Source: Caldithrix abyssi DSM 13497 (GTDB taxonomy: Bacteria; Electryoneota; AABM5-125-24; Hatepunaeales; Hatepunaeaceae). From it: 64,000 nt of DNA. Positions 9,401 through 18,455 of this stretch are shown piece by piece. A model generated the notes under the pieces. The model did no database searches and had not been told where the DNA came from. It saw nothing but the letters and a program-made list of their open reading frames with translations. Location of the stretch: contig CAMBDS010000002.1 in assembly GCA_945865405.1 (NCBI GenBank), forward strand, positions 2,368 to 66,367, in the 5' to 3' direction. Positions within the stretch are counted from its first letter, which is position 1. Each line of letters starts with the position of its first letter. The position numbers and the translations under genes are program-made.

Positions 9401-10322
9401 CTCCTCTTCGCAAAATCAGTGTGTCGTTCTCACCGGCAAGCTTGAAGTCGGTGTGCATCTGAAGCAAAAAGCCCCTTAGGGCTTCGACAGGATCACGAGT
9501 AACAACCGGTTGTCTTTTGAGACCAAGAGTAAAAAATGGAATGATCGACAGATCGTCCGATGCAGGATCAGAATTATGTACTTGAATTGCAAGGACGTTG
9601 CGGCCCTGCCTAACCAGTGCTCCAATCGTCGGGACAAAGAACAATTCGGGCCTGCCACCAGCCCACATAACAGCTTCGTGTTCATCGACCGAAGTCGAGT
9701 CAAATCGAGGTGGAAGCCCACCGACGTTGGCACGGGCAACCTCCTCTCCATTTACATAGGCGACAAAACCGTCATCATAATCAGCATGTAGGATAGCATA
9801 CTCTAAATCAGAAACATTATCGACATTAAAATCGATTCTGATATAGAGACTTGTTGTGGCTGGAACGATTGTCGAGTCATCGCCGTCACCATAGCCAAGG
9901 CTAAGCCTGCCACGTTGCCAGTCTGAATCGTTGATATCAGGCCAATACCAGCCAAATGCAGGTTCTGAAGCAGGGACAAGGTATCGGCACGGATCGCCGG
10001 GTCTGATGACAGTCTCGTTAAATGGAGCTAATTGCCCTTTGTTTTTGGCTGAAGCAAAGAACAAGACTCGCTGAAAAGCACTTAATTCGAAATTGGGAAT
10101 GGGCCACGGGAGGGTGTCGGAAGGATGATCGCAGATCGTCCAACCGTTTAATGAGACGGGGTCGAATGAGTTGTTGTACAACTCAAACCAGTCGGGGTAT
10201 CTTCCATCCTCATCCGCAATGGCAGCGAGATTGCCGGTCATGTACTCGTTGATCAAAACACCCTGTGCAAAAACGACCGGATTAATCAACAATACGGTTA
10301 TGACCGCAAACAGGTAACCCAT
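6468..10322 (-). CDS. CotH-kinase-family protein with two lamin-tail domains and a T9SS C-terminal sorting domain
   Basis: ORF track starts at 10499. The likely start is M60 (MGYLFAVITVLLINPVVFAQG, signal peptide), whose ATG overlaps the TAA of the upstream regulator as TAATG. The first lamin-tail domain is VLINEYMTG...DWFELYN...LNGWTI and the second is PVINEINYHSLD...GDWVELYALDGEVNLSDWSLSD. The CotH-like core is LVLRNGGSDWDHAIFRDDLL...AIIYLNGAYWGILNIRQQMNEQF. C-terminus is VFPNPFNSRVTVTV...IYWVRVSQADKSAIAKLVLVR. Confidence 0.8.
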   Translation of the reverse strand: MGYLFAVITVLLINPVVFAQGVLINEYMTGNLAAIADEDGRYPDWFELYNNSFDPVSLNGWTICDHPSDTLPWPIPNFELSAFQRVLFFASAKNKGQLAPFNETVIRPGDPCRYLVPASEPAFGWYWPDINDSDWQRGRLSLGYGDGDDSTIVPATTSLYIRIDFNVDNVSDLEYAILHADYDDGFVAYVNGEEVARANVGGLPPRFDSTSVDEHEAVMWAGGRPELFFVPTIGALVRQGRNVLAIQVHNSDPASDDLSIIPFFTLGLKRQPVVTRDPVEALRGFLLQMHTDFKLAGENDTLILRRGDGTVVDEVIVQDVPSNMSRGRAPDGSNDWRIFQIPTPGEPNPLVGGTVVTPKPLMSPLPGFYTTPITVTIRDTITQANIYYTLDGSTPDESSIFYTGPFVLDTSCVVRAVARIPGELLSPDRVRSYIIGPRPTLPVISLSMKPDDLWNPETGMYVLGPTYDPLPPFRGANFWQNWERPVHVEMFETNGLEAFEVDAGLKIHGGWTRSFPQKSLRIMARAKYGDPNIAYRVFPDWSFDKFESLVLRNGGSDWDHAIFRDDLLTGLMREDFPYISAYRPAIIYLNGAYWGILNIRQQMNEQFVAERRNVDPSEVDEFEIWGEKVNGEWDAYTELVEFFNTRDLSLADNYRIAEEMVDIDEFIKYNAVNIYVDNGDWPGNNNRLFRIRRPGEKWHWFLLDLDFGFGLHADSSWVHNSLADALDPDGPVWPNPPYATLYLRKLCENPIFRAKFINGFANLMNFQFKPDNVLRHMNEKKATIQGEVERHLVRWDRNLAEWEEKVATIPPFAHNRPAAMRQFLEERFNLPGHASITLSCNPPVGGDIKINGRNIIPTGWSGIYFRTVPIVLDAVPLPGYRFIGWTGGSASTDSRITITLDNDRSLTAIFALAPGLVGLPVINEINYHSLDSFDTGDWVELYALDGEVNLSDWSLSDQDSTHHYVFPIGTTIPSGQYLVVAEDTMKFHRFFPGMNNVLGNMGFGLDGNGDQVRLLSSRLETIDSVRFNDIPPWPGEADGLGATLELIDPALRNEDSTNWRASLVRNGSPMASNRYNQPGQFQLLSPPDGASVRNDSVLVRWSKSVDNDPGDTVRYVIEWSRTGNFPASSAPTLDTFTYITDVPANLARVSHVTDGLPEGMTIFWRVRAMDTRNFTTIAAPGDSGWSFTINLPVLPTEFGLRPVFPNPFNSRVTVTVDVAVAGEVSLAFYNLLGQVVYANRSVMQAGSHKFFFPSVGEDHMASGIYWVRVSQADKSAIAKLVLVR

Positions 10323-13300
10323 TACGCGCGAGGCGTGATATCTAAGGTTGAATTCCATTCTGTCAGATGTTTTGAGGTTTCTTCTGCCTGCTTGGTGATC
10401 TGTTTGGCTCGCTCTTTTTCGCCACGATTTGTCAAAATCCGTGCGTAATCCCGAAGTAGATCGGGTTGGATCACCGAGACATTGTTGTTGTTTCGACAAA
10501 TATCGATTGCCTGATTAAAATGACTTTCGGCATCGACAAAATTGTCCTGATCGAACAGCACCAGCCCCATTTCGTGATGGTAGCTGATCCAGTCTTCCGG
10601 GCTATCTTCACCCTGACACATGATATAGCAATCCGCAAGTGCATCGGCGGCACGGTTCAATTCCTTTTCAAGCCGGTGCGCTCTTGCGCTTAAACGATAG
10701 GTCTCCGCCAATTCAAGCCTTGTGCCATGGCTTCGAAGCAACTCAGCGGCTGACTCTAAAAGTGGGACAGCGCGACCCGCTTCTCCTTTTTTCAATAGCA
10801 ATTTGGCCTTAACCAAAAAGAGGAGACCCGTACCCCGAAGTGTCTCATCTGAGTCTGGTAAATTCTCAAGTGACCCCTCAACCTCGCCTATCAGCTTCTC
10901 GGCACCCTCGTAATCCCCTTGAAGGAGCTTCACGTCAGCAAGCGCTCTTTTTGCGGTAATAACCGCTATCGGTTGGCGGCTTGCCGGAGGAGCCACATCA
11001 CGCCCAAGCATTTTAGTCAGCTCGGCGCGGCGGTTTATCAGGTTTGATTGATTGTCGGAAGTACTGGAAAATTTCTGTAGCGCACTTGTCAGGACGTCGA
11101 TAGCCTGTTTGATTGCTCCTAACTGAATAAGGTGGTCGCTGTATTCGACAATCACCTCAAGCATTTTATCGGGTTCTTCGGCCAACCTCTCAAGTGCTGT
11201 TTCATAGGCAACTTTGGAATACCTCAAACCGGCGTGGCGGTCACCGTACCCAAACCAAAATCTTGCTGAAATCAAGAGCGAAGGTATCGCATCGGCTCGA
11301 TTGCCGGAATTGTAGAGGTAGTAAGCTCTGGCGTCATTACTGATCGGTTCGTTTGCCAATTCGATTGCTTTCAGGATATCCCTGAACATTCGTTGACGCT
11401 CAAGATGTGGGATCGTCTCGGCGATTGCCAACTTTATCATCTGATGATTGAACCCGAACGACAACCTGCCGCCCCGGTCGAGATTATGCAACAGGTTGCG
11501 ATCCTCAAGATCGACCATCATATCTTCGAGCGGGTCACGTTCCAACGGGACAATCTGTTGAGCAAGCTCAATGCTGAAGTCGCCGAGAATCAGCGATCCG
11601 GCTCTTAGAAGCCTAACATAATCGGCAGGAAGCTGAGACAGTCGGAAATTCGATATCTTCAGTAACAATGGCGGTACAAGCTTACGTTCGGTTGTCGGGG
11701 TGAAGTCGGGCTGATCGATCAACGCCGGGCTACGGATGAAATCGGTTTGACCGGCAATCAGTGAGTTTGTCAGTTCGATTGCGTATAGCGGGATGCCTGA
11801 TGAGTAGTGATAAATCCGCTCAACCTCCTCGACAGAGAGCTTCTCGATCACCTCCGGCGCTTTCTTCTTGAAAATCTCTATGATGTCATCATAAGAGAGG
11901 CTACCCAGTTCAATTCTGCGAAGTCGTCCGGTTCGGGCAATGGAGATAAGTGCCGAGGCGATTGTATCCTCGGAATTTTCCTCGAATGTCCGAAAGATAC
12001 CGATCAGCAAAAGCGGTAGCCGCTTCACTTCCTGAGCGAGGGTGGAGAAGACTTTATGCAAAGCTTCACCAGCCCAGTGCATATCGTCGAGTGCCACCAG
12101 TACCGGTTGCTGTTTGGCGAGAGATACAATCCAACGGCGGATGCCCTCAAGCAGGTGCGGCTCAGTCGAACCCTCCTGTTGTTGGATCACTTTTTCCTGT
12201 AGAACAAAGAGTTCTTGCAATTCCGCGCGGGCTGTGTCGGTCAATCTCGGATCGCGGCCAATAGATTCCAACACCTGCATCAGATCCTCAAGAGGCCTTG
12301 TCGATTCAATCTCCCGCGATTCACCAATACCGAGAATAAATTCCGATGGCAGCGAGCGAACGAATTCGCTGAATAACCTCGTCTTCCCAATCCCCATCTC
12401 ACCTGAGATAATCAGTACCAAACCCTGCCCCGATTGAACCTCTGTAATCAGGTTTTTCAGATCCTTCAACTCCTCCCGCCGACCGATAAACGGCACATCA
12501 GGCTTACCTGATGGTGCTGGCAGAAGCTCCTCGGGGATATGACTGGGGGGGTTTGTTTCATCCAATGTATGATCGGTCAGAGCAAGATTCGGGTCGATGA
12601 TTACTGGCGGGAGGTACTCTTCTAATTGCGACGGAACTGTAACGATGTAGGTTCCGTTCTGCAGCGAGTCGATCAATCTTACCATCTGTGGTGCGGGTGG
12701 TGCGTTAAAGTCCCGCTTCATCAATTGGGTGTAAACCTGGAACTGCCTGATGGCAGTCGAAACCCGCGCCATGTCAGCGTAAGCGCGAATCAATCCTTCG
12801 TGTGCGCGTTCGTAATCAGGTGCAAAAGAGAGGGCTCGCAAATAGACGTTCGATGCCAAAGCCGCCTGCCCCGTCTTGATGCAATACTCGCCAACCTCTT
12901 CTGAGGTACTTAAAAATGCCTGGTGCAACGTCTCGCGGCGGTGGTAAAGCCAATCCTCCCAATCAGGGAGATTCCGCAGCGTAAACCCATCCCAAAAGGG
13001 GCCTTTGTACAGTTCGAGTGCTTGTATTCTATCGACCATCTTATCACTCGGATTCTGAGTCGATATCAGGCGTTCAAATTCGCGGCCGTCGAGAAGGATC
13101 GATATTCCGGGGTTTAATTGGCAGGTTGACCGGTTGGTTGAGAGCAGGTCGGGGTCATCCTCAGTCTCTTTGAAGACTTTGCGGATGTTCCAAAGCGCAT
13201 AGCGGAGGTTATAGCGTGCCTGATCTTCCGGCGATTCGCTCCAAAACATCGAAATGAGCTTGTCGCGGGAAATCTGCTCGACGCCGGTATCTAACAAATA

Positions 13301-13444
13301 GCAAAGCAGTCCGATCACCTTTTGCGTTGTAAAACCGCTTAGGGTCCGACGACCTCGTCTTAACTTGACTCCTCCAAGAAAATCAACGTAGAGCGAATAG
13401 TTGGAAGAGTTTGAAGTTGGCTTCAATGTTCGGTTCTGCTCCAT
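10322..13444 (-). CDS. SARP/BTAD-family transcriptional regulator fused to an AAA/STAND ATPase and TPR repeats (AfsR-like)
   Basis: 1040 aa. N-terminal OmpR/SARP winged helix is LYVDFLGGVKLRRGRRTLSGFTTQKVIGLLCYLL...NLRYALWNIRKVF. BTAD region is ELYKGPFWDGF...DWEDWLYHRRETL. P-loop is LVLIISGEMGIGKTRLF. The C-terminal half is helical and TPR-like. Confidence 0.8.
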   Translation of the reverse strand: MEQNRTLKPTSNSSNYSLYVDFLGGVKLRRGRRTLSGFTTQKVIGLLCYLLDTGVEQISRDKLISMFWSESPEDQARYNLRYALWNIRKVFKETEDDPDLLSTNRSTCQLNPGISILLDGREFERLISTQNPSDKMVDRIQALELYKGPFWDGFTLRNLPDWEDWLYHRRETLHQAFLSTSEEVGEYCIKTGQAALASNVYLRALSFAPDYERAHEGLIRAYADMARVSTAIRQFQVYTQLMKRDFNAPPAPQMVRLIDSLQNGTYIVTVPSQLEEYLPPVIIDPNLALTDHTLDETNPPSHIPEELLPAPSGKPDVPFIGRREELKDLKNLITEVQSGQGLVLIISGEMGIGKTRLFSEFVRSLPSEFILGIGESREIESTRPLEDLMQVLESIGRDPRLTDTARAELQELFVLQEKVIQQQEGSTEPHLLEGIRRWIVSLAKQQPVLVALDDMHWAGEALHKVFSTLAQEVKRLPLLLIGIFRTFEENSEDTIASALISIARTGRLRRIELGSLSYDDIIEIFKKKAPEVIEKLSVEEVERIYHYSSGIPLYAIELTNSLIAGQTDFIRSPALIDQPDFTPTTERKLVPPLLLKISNFRLSQLPADYVRLLRAGSLILGDFSIELAQQIVPLERDPLEDMMVDLEDRNLLHNLDRGGRLSFGFNHQMIKLAIAETIPHLERQRMFRDILKAIELANEPISNDARAYYLYNSGNRADAIPSLLISARFWFGYGDRHAGLRYSKVAYETALERLAEEPDKMLEVIVEYSDHLIQLGAIKQAIDVLTSALQKFSSTSDNQSNLINRRAELTKMLGRDVAPPASRQPIAVITAKRALADVKLLQGDYEGAEKLIGEVEGSLENLPDSDETLRGTGLLFLVKAKLLLKKGEAGRAVPLLESAAELLRSHGTRLELAETYRLSARAHRLEKELNRAADALADCYIMCQGEDSPEDWISYHHEMGLVLFDQDNFVDAESHFNQAIDICRNNNNVSVIQPDLLRDYARILTNRGEKERAKQITKQAEETSKHLTEWNSTLDITPRA

Positions 13445-13748
13445 TACGATAAATATAGTGAATTAGCCACTTTTTTCCAATGGAACAACAGCTTAATAGC
13501 AGTATTCCGTTAACCTTGATCTTGCCTTGCCTTTCCAGCGCCGAGTCGCTGTGGTTGGAAGCAGATCAGCCAAATCTTCGCGCTTCACAGCTCCCAATAT
13601 TTAATAAAATTATTTTTTTAATATTTTTTCAATAAAACAAAATTAAAACGGAGACTAAACGCTGCTTTCACTGCCATACCAACGCAGCGGATTAAATTAC
13701 CCCACGTAACTTCAACGATAGAACCTTTAGGACCCAAGGACAACCATT

Positions 13749-15425
13749 ATGCTTTATTCTCGCGTCAGCTCAGGTCTCGATTTTCTCGATGCCGCCACCG
13801 GCGGAATCTATTCCAAGCGTTCCTACCTGCTTCACGGACCATCGCAGTCAGGTCGCACCACCGCTGTCCTCCAATTCCTTCTCGCAGGAATCGAGAACGG
13901 CGAAAATGGCATCCTTATATCGAGTGACCGTATCGAGAACGTGATCCTTAAGGCCGAGACCATCGGCATCCCACTCGAATCGCACCTGATCGCCAACCGC
14001 CTTGTGCTTATGGAATATCCCAAAGAGATCCTGAGCGGCCGCTTCCATTACGGCACCATCGTCCAACTCCTCGGCGAATTCGAGCAGTACATCCAGCATT
14101 ATAACTGCTCGCGACTCGCTTTTGATACGTTGCTGCCACTACTGACGATGGCACGTGAACCCCACCTCGTCAACTATATTTACTCACTGATGAACTCGCT
14201 CGAGGCATTGGGTGTCACCGTGCTCGTCACTACCGGCGAACCGAATAGCCCGACCGCGCAGCGCATCACCCAACTGGTCGAAGACGCCGCAGTCGGCTCG
14301 TTTGCCCTTTCCCGTGTCGATACCCGCCAGGGCATGCAACGCTTCTTCTCCATCAACAAGCTCGTAGATAAATTCACCCCGCCGATGACCTTCCGCATCA
14401 AGCTCGAGTACGGAGGCGGCTTGTTACAGGATATTCAGTCTGAAGACACCGCAAACATCGCTCCGACAACAAACCTGACCATTAACGATATCCCGATCCA
14501 TGTCGGCGTACTTGACGGTGATGATGATAGTCAAATCCAACTCGAAGAGATCTTCTCCAAGGGCAGCCAGGTCTATCCCTTCGAGACCGTCGAAGATCTC
14601 GCGTCACAGATGACCGGACTCGATTGCGACATTTTCTTTCTCAACATCTCACGTCCCGGCGTCCATTGGCAACGCGCCCTGAAAATGCTCCGCGAATCGT
14701 ACCCCAAAATGCCTATCTTTCTTTTCAGCGAAGAACGCAGCCTTCGCTTCACCTACCAACAAGCCAAACTTGCTGGTGCTGACGCTCTCTTTTTCAAGCC
14801 GTTTGTCCCCAACGACATTGTCCGCGCACTCGAGAAGTCACTTCGCTCCTTCGGAACTTTCGAAGATCTTGCCGCTCGCAGAAACCTCTCCTCTGCTTCA
14901 GGCGATCTGCCCGAAGATTTCATGGACGAAGACGGCCTTGGCTCGCGCCGTGAAGCCAACGCTGGCGTCTCACTCCTGCCACCTGCTGCATTTCGTGAGC
15001 TTGTCCATCGACAAATCTGGAAGTCTAACCAGAACAAATCACGCTGCGCTCTCGTCTCGTTCAAGATCGTTTACACTGGTGAACTTCCCAAAACTCCCAA
15101 TCTGCCGCAGGGCTTGGAACTCGTACTGAAAGTCGCCCAGATCATCTCTTCCTGCCTCCGCGGTGTCTCCGACAGTACCTCACGATATATGGACAAGGTT
15201 GTCGTTGTGCTCGAAGATTCCGACCGTAAAGGCGCACAGGCATTCGCCCGTCGCGCTGTAGGTGAGTTGAAGACGGGATTGCTTGAAAAACTGAACATTC
15301 AGGTCGATAAACACATCAATGTCCTCACCGCCATCGGCGTCTATCCGGAAGATGCCGACAACGTCAACGATCTTATCACCGAAGTTACCGATGTCCCCCG
15401 CAACTTCTTGAAGACGGTCGCCTGA
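13749..15425 (+). CDS. KaiC/RecA-like ATPase-fold protein with a receiver-like domain and a degenerate GGDEF-like domain (all three apparently non-canonical)
   Basis: 558 aa. KaiC/RadA-like N-terminus is GGIYSKRSYLLHGPSQSGRTTAVLQF, with Arg in place of the Walker A Lys. The middle REC-like domain has Asn in place of the phospho-acceptor Asp (LDCDIFFLNISRPG); the conserved Ser/Thr (PIFLFSE) and Lys (FFKPF) are retained. The C-terminus is GGDEF-like with the motif degenerated to RYMDKVVVVLED. Confidence 0.65.
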   Translation: MLYSRVSSGLDFLDAATGGIYSKRSYLLHGPSQSGRTTAVLQFLLAGIENGENGILISSDRIENVILKAETIGIPLESHLIANRLVLMEYPKEILSGRFHYGTIVQLLGEFEQYIQHYNCSRLAFDTLLPLLTMAREPHLVNYIYSLMNSLEALGVTVLVTTGEPNSPTAQRITQLVEDAAVGSFALSRVDTRQGMQRFFSINKLVDKFTPPMTFRIKLEYGGGLLQDIQSEDTANIAPTTNLTINDIPIHVGVLDGDDDSQIQLEEIFSKGSQVYPFETVEDLASQMTGLDCDIFFLNISRPGVHWQRALKMLRESYPKMPIFLFSEERSLRFTYQQAKLAGADALFFKPFVPNDIVRALEKSLRSFGTFEDLAARRNLSSASGDLPEDFMDEDGLGSRREANAGVSLLPPAAFRELVHRQIWKSNQNKSRCALVSFKIVYTGELPKTPNLPQGLELVLKVAQIISSCLRGVSDSTSRYMDKVVVVLEDSDRKGAQAFARRAVGELKTGLLEKLNIQVDKHINVLTAIGVYPEDADNVNDLITEVTDVPRNFLKTVA

Positions 15426-18400
15426 GTGAAATCGATTTCGTTAATAGTCGGGTTATTCATCCTCACCCTCTTTGTTGCGCTCCCAGTTGAGGCTCAAAAG
15501 CAGTCCCGTGAGATGCTGAACCGGGCAATGACTCTCGAGGCAGGCGGTGTGACGATGGAAGCTGTCACTACTTATGAGGAGTACCTCAAAAAGGAGCCGG
15601 GTGACGCCTCCGCAAGAGCACGCCTCATTGCATTGCTTCTGAAACTCAACAAGCGTCAGGATGCAATTAATCACATTGTTGTACTAAGAAAGCTCGACCC
15701 TGGCAACGCGAGTTACAGCTCCTTTTACGCAATCGAAGATGACTACCGATTGAACGTCGAAGTGGCTCAGGATGCCGACTTCAAAGCCAAAATCAAAGCT
15801 GGCACCGCTACCGCCGCCACTTACCTTGAGTACTCAAAATTCCTCGCCGGACGAAACGATGAGCCTGGCTCGCGGGAGATGTTGCGCAAATACCTCGAAC
15901 ATAAACCAACCGATTTCGACGCTCAACTCAATCTGGCAAGGCGCTACACATGGGCAAAACAGACCGAGGAAGGTCAACGCCACGCCGTTGCGGCTGTCAA
16001 TCTCCAGCCCGACAACGTCGATGCGAATCATCTGCTTGGCGATCTTCACTACTGGAAGGGTAACGAAGACGCGGCACTGGTCTCTTATCAGCGAGCCTCA
16101 AGAGGTGCACCAAACAACAAAGAGATCAAAGCGAAAGTCAGCAAAATAATCGATGCTCCTGGTTATCGCGAAAGGCGGATGATCGAAGCTCTTGCCAAGG
16201 AACCCGATACCAAGGTCAGTCTCGACCTCGCAAAATACTACCTTGATCACCATCGTGAATGGGAAGCCGATTCCCTCGTCAGAAGACGGCTCGTCAAAGT
16301 CCCCGAAGATCAGGACGCCGCCAAACTGTTAGGAGAAATCGAAAAAAGGCGTCAGGAACGATACGCCGTCCAGATCCGGGAATACAAAGCCAGGCTATCC
16401 GTTGCTCCCCGCGACACAACGCTACTTCTCGCTCTGGCAAGGTACTACGTCTCGGTTCCTACGCTCGATTCAGCACTTGAGATTTACGACCGCTTCATGA
16501 AGATCTATCCATCCAATTACGATGTCCGGATGGAAAGAGCCAAGGTACTGATGTGGAACGGACGCTCTGGTGAAGCCTCTGCAGAGTTTCGCGTTATCAG
16601 CATCGCTCAGCCTGACAACATCGAAGCATCACTTTCTCTTGCCGATTGCCTCATCATGAACGATGTCAACGTCGAGGAAGCTGAGAATATCTATCGGCGC
16701 GAGTTGACCGTACACCCCGATTCCATAAGACCGAGAATCGGCTATGCTGATGCTCTCCGCAAAGGGGGTCGCTACGACGAAGCTCAGGAACAGTACAAGG
16801 CTGTCCTTGCCAAAGACCCCGAAAATGAACGAGCGATTATCGGCCTCGAATGGATCAACCGCGATTTAACGCCACTATTGCGCAGACTCGAAAAGAATGT
16901 TGCCGAAAATCCTCGTGACGCCAAAGCTCGCCGCAGACTCGCCGGTCTCTACTATGATGCAAAACGTTACTGGGATGCTGAGCAACAAGTTAATCTGTTG
17001 TTGGCAGAAAACCCTGAAGACAAGCAATTACAATCTTTTCTCGCTGACATCAAAGCTCGGGCGAAAGCATTCCGCACCGCTGGACTTGATAGCCTGCAAC
17101 GGGACGTCGCCGCTCAACCGGAGAACAGTCAGCTTCGCTTAAGACTCGCTGATGAACTCGCTGGAGTAGGTCGTAACGACGAAGCGATTATCCAGTACAA
17201 CATGCTTCTGCAAGCTGATCCTGAAAACACATTCATAAGCATGAAGATTGTCGAAATTTACCTCGCTCAGGGCAAAATGAAGGAAGCGTCGGTCATTCTT
17301 CAACAGGTTGCCGATGACAATCCGGGCAACTTCGAATATCGATTTAAACTCGCCCAGGTTCTCTCATGGATGGGAGATTACGAAGGTGCAATGCGCGAAT
17401 ACGATGCCGCAATGCGCATCAACCCCAATTCGATTGAATGTCAGGTAGCCTTGGCCGACATCACAAAGTGGCGCGGAGATCCCTACACTGCCTACGACAT
17501 GTATAGCCGCATACTGGCAATGAATCCGAGTAACCCCACTGCACGTAAGTCAATTGACGAGCTAAAAGGGACTCTTATCAGAGGTGTTCAAGGGTCACTT
17601 CAGGAAGCTTCCGATAGCGAACATTTCAAAATGCGTGAGACTCGCGCCTCATTATCGGTAAATATTTCGCTCCGAATGGGGGCTCAAGGCGGATTTGGCA
17701 AAATCCATTTCGAACAGTCTGACGCCGTAACTCTTGCCCTCTACTCTGAAACGGGTTGGTTCCTCTTCGGGCAGATCGATTACCGCATCGACCCCCTGAC
17801 ACGTGCTTCCGGACAGATCAAATACTACACTTTTGCCTTAAAAAAGAGCCAGGGACTTCGCTTTGAAATCGAGCATAACTTCAAAGACTTCCCCAATCTC
17901 GACGGAATGATCGGCACAGCGTACTACACATCACAAGAAGCTGTTCTCGATCTCGCTTCCACAAGAAATCTGTTGTCTTGGACTGACAATCTGAAGTCGG
18001 AAAAATTAGGGGCAGTTGTCAACTACATTTATTCACCGAAATGGGTTGGTGAAGGCGAAGTTGCACTGATTGCAGTCTCCGACGGAAACACCCGCACCGA
18101 CATCTGGGCAGAATGGCGACGGGTCTTCAGCAAGTTGATCCAAATTGGCGCCCGCTATGAAAACATCAGCGCAAAGCGAGTTGCGGCTCAATACTGGTCA
18201 CCGAGTGCCTATCAAACTATCAGCCTTGTGGCGCAAATGCAGAATAGCTTCAATAAATGGAGTTATGAAGTTCACGGTGGTGTCGGTCGAGTTCTCAGTA
18301 CCAGTGATGCTTTGCGAAATTTCAGCGCTCAAATTCAGTGGCGCATTGCTCCGGCAATCTATTTCTCGGCCGGGATTCTCGACCTTGCAACCACTCGCGT

Positions 18401-18455
18401 TGATGGTCAGTATCGTTATCGCGGTGTCTCAGCTTCATTAACATTGGAGCGATAG
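15426..18455 (+). CDS. TPR-repeat protein with C-terminal outer-membrane beta-barrel (PgaA/BcsC-like exopolysaccharide export porin)
   Basis: 1009 aa. GTG start abuts the upstream stop as TGAGTG. Signal peptide is MKSISLIVGLFILTLFVALPVEAQ. About 650 aa are TPR-like helical repeats. The last ~300 aa show an alternating hydrophobic beta-strand pattern typical of a porin. Confidence 0.6.
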   Translation: MKSISLIVGLFILTLFVALPVEAQKQSREMLNRAMTLEAGGVTMEAVTTYEEYLKKEPGDASARARLIALLLKLNKRQDAINHIVVLRKLDPGNASYSSFYAIEDDYRLNVEVAQDADFKAKIKAGTATAATYLEYSKFLAGRNDEPGSREMLRKYLEHKPTDFDAQLNLARRYTWAKQTEEGQRHAVAAVNLQPDNVDANHLLGDLHYWKGNEDAALVSYQRASRGAPNNKEIKAKVSKIIDAPGYRERRMIEALAKEPDTKVSLDLAKYYLDHHREWEADSLVRRRLVKVPEDQDAAKLLGEIEKRRQERYAVQIREYKARLSVAPRDTTLLLALARYYVSVPTLDSALEIYDRFMKIYPSNYDVRMERAKVLMWNGRSGEASAEFRVISIAQPDNIEASLSLADCLIMNDVNVEEAENIYRRELTVHPDSIRPRIGYADALRKGGRYDEAQEQYKAVLAKDPENERAIIGLEWINRDLTPLLRRLEKNVAENPRDAKARRRLAGLYYDAKRYWDAEQQVNLLLAENPEDKQLQSFLADIKARAKAFRTAGLDSLQRDVAAQPENSQLRLRLADELAGVGRNDEAIIQYNMLLQADPENTFISMKIVEIYLAQGKMKEASVILQQVADDNPGNFEYRFKLAQVLSWMGDYEGAMREYDAAMRINPNSIECQVALADITKWRGDPYTAYDMYSRILAMNPSNPTARKSIDELKGTLIRGVQGSLQEASDSEHFKMRETRASLSVNISLRMGAQGGFGKIHFEQSDAVTLALYSETGWFLFGQIDYRIDPLTRASGQIKYYTFALKKSQGLRFEIEHNFKDFPNLDGMIGTAYYTSQEAVLDLASTRNLLSWTDNLKSEKLGAVVNYIYSPKWVGEGEVALIAVSDGNTRTDIWAEWRRVFSKLIQIGARYENISAKRVAAQYWSPSAYQTISLVAQMQNSFNKWSYEVHGGVGRVLSTSDALRNFSAQIQWRIAPAIYFSAGILDLATTRVDGQYRYRGVSASLTLER

